From positions 7,413 to 71,412 of the forward strand of contig JAQGDQ010000999.1 of NCBI GenBank assembly GCA_030141605.1: a DNA stretch of 64,000 bases, read 5' to 3'. Below the pieces are notes generated by a model. The model had not been told where the DNA came from. It saw nothing but the letters and a program-made list of their open reading frames with translations, and made no database searches. A program made the position numbers and the translations under genes. This DNA comes from Tubiluchus corallicola (Eukaryota > Animalia > Priapulida). Shown piece by piece: positions 52,255 through 64,000 of this stretch (the first letter of the stretch is position 1; the number at the start of each line of letters is the position of its first letter).

Positions 52255-52505
52255 AATTTTGACACCTAGACAGCAGCCAGCGTGTTCACTTATTGTGCAA
52301 AGGTGTGCCATATTGCTTCATTTGACAGCAATTAATGGCTACATTGGTCGATTTTTCAAAAAAAAAATAAGTTGAAAGGTGAACTTTGACACCTACACAG
52401 CAGCCAGCGTGCTCACTTATTGAGCAAAGGTGTGCCATATTGCTTCATTTGACAGCAAATAATGGCTACATTGGTCGATTTTTCAAAAAATAAGTCGAAA
52501 GGTGC
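52255..52505 (+). repeat. Tandem duplication, 2 x ~125 bp
   Basis: ttgacacctag/tacacagcagccagcgtg… repeated. Confidence 0.85.
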
Positions 52506-52729
52506 ATTGGTAATACTATTGATTTGGATCGGTAGTTGAAAAAGTAATTGATGATTATAAAACGCATATTGATTAATTGGAGTAGGACGGTTTACCAGGA
52601 CGGTTATCCTCTGTCTAGCAATTTAGCAGCTAGTGCATTGAAATATAAAATGGCCCATTTAGGTCAGCACCAATAACTGAACTATGTTAACACAGCTTGT
52701 TTTTGTTGCATAATGTTCGCACCGATCTG

Positions 52730-52915
52730 TTAAACAGTATCTTCTTTGGAACTAGAATTGACTTGTGTTATAGTGGCTATGGGCGGCTGTTGTGGCTGGT
52801 AGGTCGGATGTGCCGGTTGTTTCTCTACATAGTAAGGCGGTTGGTGAGGTGTACCGTTGGGCGGGTACTGCATTGGCTGGCTCATCATTCGCTTGCGTCG
52901 CTCCATTCTCTGTGC
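52730..52915 (-). CDS. Claudin last exon (AQRMERRKRMMSQPMQYPPNGTPHQPPYYVEK…SKEDTV*)
   Basis: ctctttttcag| acceptor, phase 0, basic stop-transfer stretch, then P/Q/Y-rich tail, TAA at 52732-52730. Confidence 0.85.
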   Translation of the reverse strand, partial: AQRMERRKRMMSQPMQYPPNGTPHQPPYYVEKQPAHPTYQPQQPPIATITQVNSSSKEDTV

Positions 52916-55900
52916 CTGAAAAAGAGACAGAGCTAATTAGGCAACGGCTTTCTGCACCAATCACAAGGAGCTGAAATGCTTGGTGGTTATAGTTGATATA
53001 CTGATGCATCAAAGGTTGCTGGTTCAAACCTACTTTCTTCCATTTACTCAATAATGTCAAGCAAGTATGTATTTAAAAGTTATTGCTAATAAAGGCAAAA
53101 GTTGATTCCAGAGCATTTCCTGAAAATTTCGTTCTTATTAATACTTTGCTTTCTAGGTTTTTTAAGCCCTGATGTTGCGATTTTAAATAAATCAAATCAG
53201 TACACATAAAGTCACCCTATTAAAATCACCACTGGCAGATTTTATTGCTGACGGGATAGGCGTGTAAGATTTTTAAGAGTGACGTGTGGTTATCATTGAT
53301 GCCACTCGTAAATTTTTTTTACACGTTTTTTTCACGTTTTTGCACGGTTGTTTGTGTTATATTATTGCAGGAAAGGTAGATGCAGTAAATGAACAGGAAT
53401 TTGGAGGTTTTCTTGTGTTTCTTGTTTTTCCTTTTCCTTTTCTTTGCACGTCGTCGAGCTTGTTTTGGTCAATTGTTTTAGGTTAAATACATGTACATAT
53501 CTGAATGTGGCTGTACTTACCTCTACTGGTTTAGTGGCTCCTTTTAGAGGGATATCCTTGATAATGAGACAAGGACAAATGAAGTGTTATGACGAGTAGG
53601 CCCTGCATTCAAATGCTGGACGCCAAAGTGTATAAAAAAGTTTTTCCAGTATTATTGTTATTAACACCAGAAGCACTAGCCTAGGTCAGTTGACACCATT
53701 GCATATTGTACAATGTAAGTCATCATAATGTGCTGACATTGCAATAGTACATATGAATTTAAATCTGTGAACATAATTTGCAAATGTAAATCAGCAAACT
53801 CGTTTTGACGTCATATTTTACGAGCTAAAAGCTCGTGGTTTGATTTTTCTTGACTGTCAGCTCTCTGTCAGACCACCAGATAGCTTGACTCAATGCAGGT
53901 TCTCGAGGCATTGCAAAATCTGCCATAGATGAGTCATTATACTTGTACCGTATAAATTGCTTCAATTTTAAATGAATCCAGTTAATTTTCTGATGTATCA
54001 GTAAATTTCAATAAACTCTGACTGATAATTAGTTTTATTTTTGTACAGGAATGAAAACTATGATTGTGTCAATTGATGCATGCCGATGCTTCTAGGTAGT
54101 AAACTTATCCACTCTAAGTATTAAACTTACAGTCAGCAAATTCACTCTAACATTTACCGACATCCACTATTTCCACTCCTAGTATTAAACTTACAGTCAG
54201 CAAATTCACTCTAACATTTACTGACATTTACTATTCCCGCCTTTATTTAATTTAAGATTAATATCAATTTTCTGATATATCATTGGACTTCCGAAAATGT
54301 GACTGCAAACTACTGAAGTTCACAGTTTAGCACAGTAGGCACTTTAAATAGTCTTGCACAAGAGAGAATTATCTAAACATTCTGCTTACCTGTACCCAAT
54401 AAAGGCCACCTGCTGCTAGTTCTGCCAGGCAGGCTATCACTGCCAACGCAAAAGACCATGAGAAATGATTGAAATGCGGACTTGGCATCCAGTCTCGGTT
54501 GTCTCCTCGAACTCCAAATGTAACCACGGCAACTGCTGTAAATCCAACTGAAATACAAAACATTAATTAAGCATTAAAAATATTTGGCTTTGTATCTGTG
54601 GACTTGCATTCAATCAACTTTGTGCCCGTATGATGGTAGGCTATTCAAACGTTTTTTTCTTTAATATCTTGTTAAACTAAGAGAGCTTTAGTGCATTGTT
54701 TATACATTCATAAGAAATTTTAACATTTTTTATTAATTTCTATGACTTCAAAGTGTTGTCAACTTGGCAGCTTATTTTTGTAAAATGTGCATTGTGACTT
54801 CTAAAATTTCAATTTCTCAGCTGTCACGTCTTTGTCAATACTTGAGATGACAAACACACATGTTTTGTTTTTGCAAATCTGGCATAAATTTCGTGCGTAA
54901 GCGAGGGCATTTTAATCTTAAGAAATGGAATGCATTAAACATTGCTCATTTAAAACATGTTGAAACTCATAATTCATTGTATAGAATACGTTCTTGTGAT
55001 GTTAAGCTTCTAGCATACTAAGGTATGAAGGCTCAAAGTTTGAAATGTCTGGAGCTAGGTTTTTACTAAAGGATATGGATGCATTGACGGGGTTGCCAGG
55101 CTTCTTATTTGAAGAGAATTATTGTTTCTTTACATTTTGTTAGAAAAAAATCAGGTCTTATCAGTTTCTTCTAATTTCTACTTTACAATGTGTTTTGATT
55201 ATAATGCACCAACTCATTCATTTTTCGAATAAAAAAACCCTATATATTCTCGATTCACACTTTCTTTGCAATTAATCGTATTTTTCTGCACTATAGTTTG
55301 ATCAGACCACAAGTAGTGGTGAGCATCGAACGTTCGAATTCGTTTCAAACGAGTTTTTTTAGTTAGAATTCGATTCTAACCTAAAATTATAGATTCGAAT
55401 AATTCAGCACTTCAGCCGCATATGTTCTTTATCATTAAAATGTCATGCAATTAGCACAATTTAGCTGCAAAATTTTTAACAAACTAATAGCGGTTTTACC
55501 GCAGAACAAAATAAAGTGATATGCATGATCGTTGTAAGACCACTTTTTACTATTGGTTCGAAAATTTGTTCGAAAATCTTTCCAACTCGATTCAAGTTCG
55601 AAATACCGAAATTTGGTTTGATTGGAATTCGAAAGTCACAAATTCGATTAGATTTCTGGTAGAGAATGCTCACCCTTAAGCACAAGTTTATTAATAATGA
55701 CTGGAATGGTTTAAGCTGCCTTTTGTTAGGTTCCCGCAAATACAATACTATAACTGAGGGACTGACGCATATGTAACTGTTGTTAAATCCTTATATTAGT
55801 TTTTGTTGCAAGTCGAGTTGACCCAACGACGGACTGATGTTGAGTAAAGAATCACTTTTATTGGCTATGGAAAAAAACAGTAGCGGTTGATTTAAATAAA

Positions 55901-58900
55901 ATCAAAAATGTGCATCCATGTTATTCTAGGAAATTCAACTGTAATTCGGTTAGTTATCTGAAACTGTGCTGAGTGAATAAAGATGATTAAAAATTAACCA
56001 CTGGGGGGGGGGGGGGGCAAGCCAGCCCAACTCAGTGCCAGTCCCAAGCCTGGATAAATAGGGAGGGTTAGGGTCAGGAAGGGCATCCTCCTGTAAAAAC
56101 TGTGCCAAAACCTTCTATGAATGAGTCGGTGAGACTTAAAGGTAAAGTCCACAAAGAAGTGGTCAGACCCGCTCTAATATATGGGCTGGAAGCAGCTTCT
56201 CTAAAGAAGACCGAAGAGAAGGAAATGGGTGGGGTGGAGATGAGGATGTTGAGCTGGATGGTGGGAATAACAAGAAGAGATAAAATTAGAAATATTAATA
56301 TCAGAGGAACAGTAAAAGTAGTGGAAGCCTCGCAAGATTGCGATTGTATGGACACCTGAAAAGAAGAGTCGGTGAAGATCATGTGGGAAGGGAAGACATA
56401 ATTGAAGAGATGGTCAACAACAGGAATGCGTGGAGAAGACTCATTCACAATGGCGACCCCGCATAGGGAAAAGTTGGGAAGAAGAAGAAGAATAAAGATG
56501 ATTAAAAATTGATTATTGTATCTGTGTGTTAAGCCGTGAAGCGTGGTAAGTTTCTATTAAAAAAATGTTTATCTCAAATTACATGTCGGATTAAGTGTTG
56601 CTTACATGATGTCCAGAGGCAGATGGCTTGTGCCTTGAAGAATAAGATGTGTCTATCACGAAAGCATTGCAGAAGAATGGCTACGCTCAATGCTGTTGCT
56701 GCTATTATTGTCATGAAACCAAATGTCATGAACACTTGAACAAACACGAACCAACCTGCAATGAAACCAAATGTCATGAACACTTGAACAAACACGAACC
56801 AACCTGCAATGAAAACTAAGAAATTAAAACTCGAAACCAAAAACACGCCGCAGTTAAATTTTCGAAGCAAAATTTGACTAAAATGGAAGGAATATGAAAC
56901 AATCGGAAGTAGGATCTAGCAGGTTAAGCTCACGGTTATTAAATTTTCACAGCAACATCCGATCTAAGATGGAAGCAATGTGAACCTGTACTTAAGTTAT
57001 AAGTTTATTTATTTCCACTCTGTATCTAACAGTTTTAATAAAAATACAGATAATTTCACTGCAGTAAATATAAATATAAATGCAATATTATACAGAAATT
57101 ACAGAAGAGATTCTTATGCAGCATATACATTTGCAAATTACATTACAGAGTAATTTTGATGCATACAGTTTGAGCCTAAAAGCATAGCTTGACAGGCCAA
57201 ACTGTACGTGGAAATCTTAAAGAAGTGACTAATAATTGAAATAATTATAATATATACATAAATGTGGGGGAGTAGTGAATGAAAGATGAAATGAAGCGAG
57301 AACTAAGAAAAACTGTGATCAGGATTATAAAGTGTTCAGTAACCTGTTGAGCATAGTCACGTTTTATTAATATTACTGTGGAAAAAGAATGCAGGTGATT
57401 ACTATTATCAAACTGTGTTACTCTCAATACTTTTGAAATATTTCTTTTTTTTCTGACGGTTTGAATAGCACTTGAACCACTGACCTTCGGATTACGGATC
57501 CTGTGCTGTTATCACTAACACTATGCACAGGCCTTTATAATGACATTTTCACTATCATTTTTGTTTAGCAAGGCTACGTTTCAAATTTAACTGTTGTAAT
57601 TAGTAATTACTTATTAGGACTAATTAACTCACTAGAGTTTGTTGCATGGTCGCCATTTTAATTTACTGATTCAATACATGTGAGTTAATAATACTAGATA
57701 AAGCAACAAAATGAACTTTCTAGCTACAGAAAGCTCTGTAAGGAAGTTTTGTTTGGAAACACGGTCCTCACAGCGTGTTTTTGCTACAGTTAGTTGATTC
57801 AGTCAGCAACTTGTAATCGAATTTTCTTATAATGGGGGCAGCTTCCTGGGTGGAATGCTAATTTCTTGCTTATTAACTGCTGTCAAAGTTCCTGCAGGTG
57901 TTAAACTTTAATCGGAAAAATTTCTGCTTCCAGTTTTTGCTTGCAAATCAGTGATTACACCTTGCAGGTTTGCTTCAAATCTTACCTGAGTATCTTTAGA
58001 AATTTATAAAATATTTAAAGAAAGTTTGGCTTACAGTCTGCCTGGCTTAACTCGTATGTGCATTTTATTTGTGCTAATATTTTTTGTTTTTGGTATTTCA
58101 TTTAAGAAACCTTAAATTTTTTTTATAAGTATTAAATATTTATTATTATTTTCCTGAACGCTAATAAATCGAAACAGCTGCTCGAGCCTACATACATCTT
58201 GCACTAAGATTTTATTAGTGCATAAACTATGCCAGCTGCATCACTGTGTTATAGTTTAACACTAGCAGTAATCTTCATTAAGCAATAGGCCCAATTAGAA
58301 ATTAAGAGTTAATTGACTATACTACAGTGGTGCTGCAATGGCTGTATATTAAAAGCCAGATGCAAGTACTTGTTTAAAAGATTTAGGTGCATCCATTGCC
58401 TCCACGGAACACTGAACTGCTTTTTCTGTGTTTTGCTGTTTGTTGCTATTTTATAAGTTAACTTGTATAATAGTGTATAGCTTTTTGGCACATTTTGTGG
58501 AGGTCTATTATTGGTCATAAGCTGCTTAATCTTTTTTATACAGTTTGTAAAATATATTGTCATATCAGTCCTAATACCCTCATACTAAATTATGTTGTTG
58601 TTATAAGTCCCGTATTTAGTGTAAAAGGTGATAAATAAATGACTTCCTTAGTTACTATTATGTTTAAGCATGGTAGATTTCCACATACCAAGATTGTTGA
58701 GTAGTTTTACTAATTCCACCTGTGCAATTTTCAAGTGTATATTACTGTCCTTTAATTAGCAAGTGGACTCACACTTTTGAGTGGGATGGTGTTTACAAAT
58801 ACAAACAAACAATAGAATCCCACCGTAACACCGCTATCTCTTTTATTTGGTTAATTTGACTTCACCAACGTTTTTTTTTACCTATACTGTTTCTTTTTGT

Positions 58901-61503
58901 TTCAATAATATTGTATGTTGATGTATTGTATATGTATTACTGGAGTGAAATAAATGGATTGATTGATTGATCTACGCAGTTTTGTTGTTTATGACAAACG
59001 AATTCTTCTTGCTTCATTAAAATGCTGCTATTTCAAATTATATTATTTGTTACTATAACTTATTTATTGCTTGAAAACCCAATTCCTAGATTTTCTGAAA
59101 TTGGGTTAGTTGATCCAAGCTGTAGGCCTCTTTATTAATATAAAAATGCAGAGTTCAATTTAAATGCAATCAATTTTTGTATAGCTTTTCTCATCTTTAT
59201 AAAACCTGTTTACCTTTCTGCCTTACAGGTAACCTTTCCCATACACCCTGCTACAGTTAATGACCCTTTTATTGCTGACAAAGCATTCGTCAATCAGGAC
59301 AAAGATATAGCCTAGCAAAGGGTTAAACAGTCTGTGTACAGTCAACAACTCAGTTGTGTACATGCATTTGATGAGGGGAGGATGAATTAATTAGGCAGGT
59401 CATGTATGTTTAGTAGCTGGGGATTTGGTTCCTCTAGCAACTTCAGCAAAATGTTCTCTGAAAGTGTCTGCATGTTTGCAAGCAAAATTAATGCGTTTTG
59501 TAAAAAAGCCATTTATGACTTAGTTAAAATGACAACCTCAAAATAAGTTGTTTTGTCATAATCAAGTTACCACAAAACACTGTTTGACATAATTGCATAA
59601 CGTTTGCTTTTGGACCTTTCCTATTCCACAGTACTATATTAGTTCCTAAAATAAACATTACGAGCGGAGTGTCATTATCTTAGTAAATTATGATGATAGT
59701 TTAGTTTGTAATTTTTTGTAAATCACAACTGCTAGTGTGATTGATAAGCATGACGTTAAGAATCACGATGAAGCTAGAAAATTTGAAAGATCCTTCTAGT
59801 TCTTTCCTTACTATTTAACAGATGTCATTGAATACTGTACTGCAATAATGTTTAAAACGCTAGTATTGCCATCTACTGAAATTATTAGCAAACTAACAGA
59901 GGCTACGCTACACTGTTACTACGCTACTATGTTTTAATACTGTTTTAACTGCATTTCATGCGTACAGAAATGTGGCATCTGGTAAAATAGACTAAAATAC
60001 CACTTTCTTGCCATCAATTTTTGCCATAATTAAAGTACAGAACACCTGAGAAACTCATCACTGCTACTTTAATTTATTTATGATTCTCAACATAAATATG
60101 GCAAATAAAAATGTTACTATACTATAATAGTAATAATAATCTTTTTATTTATCTTGCAAACACGCATAGTTATAATACAATTAATTTGGAAACAAAAATG
60201 TGAAGAAAGGGCGGCGAAAGACCAATTGGTCATGTAGTCAGCTGCCCTATGGTTAGTCATGAATATTTTTATAGGCACTATGCTACAGTGTATTAGTGTT
60301 AGTACTGCTTATAATAAAAATTTAATTGTTACGAATGACATTAAATTGATATGCTTATAACGTGTTAATACAATTCATACACAGTAATAATAAGTGCATA
60401 ATAAAAAAAAATCAAACAAGAACTGAAAATAAAAATCTGACAATGTAAACATAAGAACAATGGCAACTGAAATATATAGGTTTTACAAGTCAAATGTAGA
60501 CACAGGAAAGTTCAAATGTGACTTAGGTAAGTCAAATGTAGACATAGGAATTTCGAATGTGTTTTGGTAACTCAAATGTGACTTAGGTAAGTCAAATGTA
60601 GACATAGGAATTTCGAATGTGTTTTGGTAACTCAAATGTGACTTAGGTAAGTGAAATGTAGATGCGGTACTTTGAATAAATCGGTAATTAAGTTATTTAA
60701 GCGCAAATTAGAAAAAGATAAACCAAAGATAGTGCATCTATTAGTAGGCCTATAACGTTATTTTAACTTAAGAGCAATTATTAAATTGAAATTAAAGAAG
60801 ATTAAATTTAACATCCTTAAGCTTTACCGCCTATCCACATTTGAGATACCAATGTCGCATTTGACTTGACACGTGTCTACATTTGACTTACCAAAAGCGC
60901 TCAAGATGTGTTGAAAACCATTGTTAACACATTTGAACTACCTAAGTCTACATTTGAGTTACCAAGACACATTTGAATTACCTAAATCTGCATTTGAGTT
61001 ACCAAGACACATTTGAATTACCTAAATCTACATTTGAGTTAACGTAGGTCTACATTTGACATGTAAAACCTATACTTTATAACACAAGCATAATTCTTAG
61101 ACATAAGCAAGCGAATGTATAATGTATAATGACAAGTTTAATGGAGTCATTACACTTTTTGATGATCAGAGCGATTTTTGATGATCTGAGGTAAAATGAA
61201 TAGGCAGATAGTTAACTCACCTGGTTCTAAATATTCTCTAATGATGCGCATATCTCGATGAAATATCCATCTACAGCCCGTGAATATCCTATCATACTGA
61301 TACTTGGGATGTCTGTAGCCATCAAAGCAAACTTCCCAGAGTCCAATTTTGATGAACTGATTGGGTGTCCTTTTGTCTTTCTCCAGCCAATTTGGGCTGC
61401 AGAATGAGATAAATATTAAAGCACAGGAGAAGAACACCAGACCACTTCCTAGCAAGATGAAGAGAGGCAGAGGTCTTTCGTCTTCCCGATGGTTTCGCGC
61501 CAT
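52730..61503 (-). CDS. Claudin/PMP22-superfamily tetraspan protein, septate-junction type (kune-kune/sinuous/pickel-like), complete, 4 exons
   Basis: Exons 61503-61221, 56803(or 56755)-56606, 54547-54390 and 52915-52730 join in frame (274 or 258 aa). W-x15-GLW-x2-C…C claudin motif, four hydrophobic segments, RDWM…SWSF loop, C-terminal EDTV. Confidence 0.92.
54390..54547 (-). CDS. Claudin exon 3 (GFTAVAVVTFGVRGDNRDWMPSPHFNHFSWSFALAVIACLAELAAGGLYWVQ)
   Basis: cag| and |gtaagc. Confidence 0.92.
55996..56489 (+). mobile_element. Internally deleted (bipartite) RTE/Expander-like retroposon
   Basis: RTE-type 5'UTR fused to an RT C-terminal fragment (KEVVRPALIYGLE…EMRMLSW…RRDKIRN); (GAA)n tail; 21-bp TSD gaataaagatgattaaaaatt. 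Confidence 0.85.
56606..56803 (-). CDS. Claudin exon 2 (TM2-TM3), with duplicated acceptor (alternative start 56755)
   Basis: cag| and |gtaagc; 198 or 150 nt, both phase 1-1. Confidence 0.88.
56713..56814. repeat. Perfect 48-bp tandem duplication spanning the claudin exon-2 acceptor
   Basis: 56713-56760 is identical to 56761-56808. Confidence 0.97.
60479..61070. mobile_element. Foldback-like MITE nested in the retroposon at 60125-61215
   Basis: Same family as 47067-47671; host sequence resumes on both sides. Confidence 0.85.
61221..61503 (-). CDS. Claudin coding exon 1 (MARNH…SPNWLE…IGLWEVCF…GCRWIF…EYLEP)
   Basis: ATG at 61503, donor G|gtgagt. Confidence 0.93.
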
Positions 61504-64000
61504 CTTTGTTCGTGTAAAAAGTTCCTCTTGTCTCAGATTCTTTTATCTGTCACACACTCGCTTCTGAAAGGTGTGGTAGTCACTGCTGTATTCGCTGTTC
61601 ATTGCCTCACACGACAGTTGGCGTTGGTAACGTTCGTTTTCTGTTGTTCGCTGTATCTGCGTCCAAATACTGCTGATGCACCTGAGCGTGGAGGAGCGCG
61701 CCATCATTTTCACCTGCATAGGGGTGTGTCGTGTGCGATGCGCTGCTTTGTAGCTTCTGCATCTGATGTTAACGTTTGATGCTGTAGCAACGATGCGCGA
61801 TACACGGGGGGCTCTATGACTGCGTGCATTTAGTGAATCTAGTACCTGCTCTTTGATATAGTACCTATTTGATTAATAGCATTATTAACCCAAAGTGTTT
61901 TTTTATCATTTCATAACAATTTTGACCTGTATTTCACATAAAATCTAAATGCAATTTGTAGTTTAATCAAGATTGACCTTATTTTGTTGCCTGCTAATTA
62001 AACTAGATGTATATTCTTTTCTCTGGATTATATAGAAATGTCATAATTTTAAAATTACTAATGTTTCCTAAATTAAACTGATAACATTAATGTCCACCAG
62101 TGTCTAAAAAATCTTTTCACCTATATTCGGTAAAGGATAGCAGACTAGGTGACTTTATAGTCTTTTCGCTATCCTTTCTCTAGTTCTATATCTATCTATA
62201 CATTTTAACCATTCTTCAAAACTTATTAGCGATTCTTTTATTAATCATGTTTTATTGTAACACTATAAACAGATAAATAAATTGAAATTGAATTGAAATC
62301 TTTTAGGAAAAACATAAAAAAATGCATTTGCAGTTTTTTAAGGAAAGGAAAATGAGAAAAGCCCATATGGTTGACTGAATTCATAATTATTAGAGTTTTA
62401 TAGCCAAATTTAAGACCAAAAAGAAGGGAAAAAGCAGGTTATGAGCCCCGATTTGAACTACAACCCTTTGAATTACAAGTTCTATGCCATGCATGACATA
62501 ACAGCCTCATTATTCGTGGCACTGGGCTTATCAGTCGCAAGATTCCTGGTTCAGTCAAACTCGGCTTTATGTTTTTCATATTTCCTACTGTCTAGTTAGT
62601 GTATCACAAAAATATGATCATATTTCAGTCTGATTGTTTACTGTTATACTGATTCTATTTCCTGTACCTTGCAAACATGCCACTTTGTTTATTTTAATCT
62701 TATACCTTGTATAATAAACGTATGTATGTGACAATGTGAAAGTATTAGGTGTGCTAAAACTGCTAAAATATTGAAGTTATATATGTTCTATACAAGTTCT
62801 ATATAATGAAATTGATAAAATTGAAAGGAATTGAAAAATTGCTCTTAAGATTTTTAATTTTGTTTCTTTCTATCATTAAAGGGTAATTTTGAAATTAAAG
62901 TTTACATTAATTGAGAAAGATAAACTGTAGAGTTTGTGCTATAGAAGTGCTAGTTTATATGTGTGAGAGGTGGCACCATAATTGTGAAACCTACTGCAGG
63001 GAACTAATAGAAACCAGTAACAGTTTAGTGTCCGTTTTATTTCTCTTCATGTACCTTTCTCAACCACAAGTGTTGGCTGTAAGGATGGTTTGGTTGATGA
63101 GATATGTTGTAGCTCTGTCTTGGATAAAAGATGCTGCGGTTTGTGCTGAGGTTTTCTAGTGTCATTTCAGTCACTGAAATTCATGCAGTAAGTTGATAAT
63201 GGATTAAATGAGTTTGAATTCTAATTTCTTGCAATATTGTTGTATTTTCTTATTTTACTTCACTTATTACTGCTTTTACTCATCTGCAGCTTGTGTGTAT
63301 TTGTATTTTGTCATGTAATTTCGATATAAGTTTACGTACTCGTGTGAAGAATTAAAAATGAAATTCTAAATTCTAAAATTAAATAAATGTTCTATTAAAG
63401 AATAACAAAGAGAAGGAGTTTACAACTCCCTACACAATTTAAATCCCCTATCCTTAACCCGAACCTTAATCCTAACCCTAACTCAAACCTCAATCCTAAT
63501 CCTAATCCAGTCGCTAACTGCTTGTGCGTCGGAATTGTGAACTTTAGCCTAAAACAATAACTGCGTTGTTGTTTTAAAAGCTTGGGTAGCTTAAATGTGA
63601 TTGATCATCATAGTTGCAAAATGGCTACTAAGTCTAATTTGAGCATTTGGTATGACATACGTCCTGTATTGCTACTCTTGTCTCTTAGTACGAGACACGT
63701 TGAAGATGTATTATTTTTACTATTTATCTGTGCTCAGGTACAATAACACAATTTGCTAGGAACAAATGAAGCCAAAGAATAAGGTCACATTTTTTATTAA
63801 AAATTTTATTTACAAAGAAGGAGATTATATCCATAAAGGCCATGAAAAAGAAACATTATTTTCTTAAGTTAGTGCAGTTAAATGAAATTCCAAAAAATAA
63901 CGCAAAAAATCAAATTTTATTGCAGTTGTTTTCAAAATGACTTTCGCAGCAGCTTTTCTATGCTGTGTACAATGTCAAAGGATGTTAAATATTTCCTATG

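Noticed and set aside
52752-53060. 102-aa ORF on the - strand
   Set aside because: Overlaps the claudin last exon in the wrong frame; the phase-0 frame fits the upstream exon.
58178-58210. Possible missing kinase exon (LLEPT)
   Set aside because: Wrong phase for the 49068 donor, with a stop five codons later.
63452-63510. Telomere-like CCTAAC repeats
   Set aside because: Short and degenerate; more likely part of a transposon or low-complexity tract.

Overview
AT-rich, intron-rich animal (invertebrate-like) genomic DNA. Most ORFs in the supplied track are spurious or partial exons. Three spliced genes were reconstructed by hand from GT-AG boundaries and frame continuity. (1) The 5' half of an ATP-dependent 6-phosphofructokinase (PFK) on the - strand: 9 coding exons from 17424 down to 892, continuing off the left edge. 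(2) Divergent from it, a fused pseudouridine-5'-phosphate glycosidase/PfkB-family pseudouridine kinase (PsuG-PsuK-like) on the + strand: 14 coding exons, 29326-49068, with the kinase C-terminus not found in the window. It contains a U12-type minor intron. (3) A complete invertebrate septate-junction-type claudin on the - strand (61503-52730), apparently nested antisense in an intron of gene 2. The introns hold many MITEs (hAT, Tc1/mariner, piggyBac-like, Kolobok-like), RTE/CR1 LINE remnants, tRNA- and 5S-derived SINEs and tandem arrays. The most notable oddities are a 48-bp duplication across a claudin splice acceptor, an intronic copy of part of a PFK exon with only synonymous changes, a hAT MITE sandwiched by a ~480-bp duplication, and a shared hairpin architecture in unrelated retroposon tails. 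I found no clear evidence of a wholly new multi-gene system.
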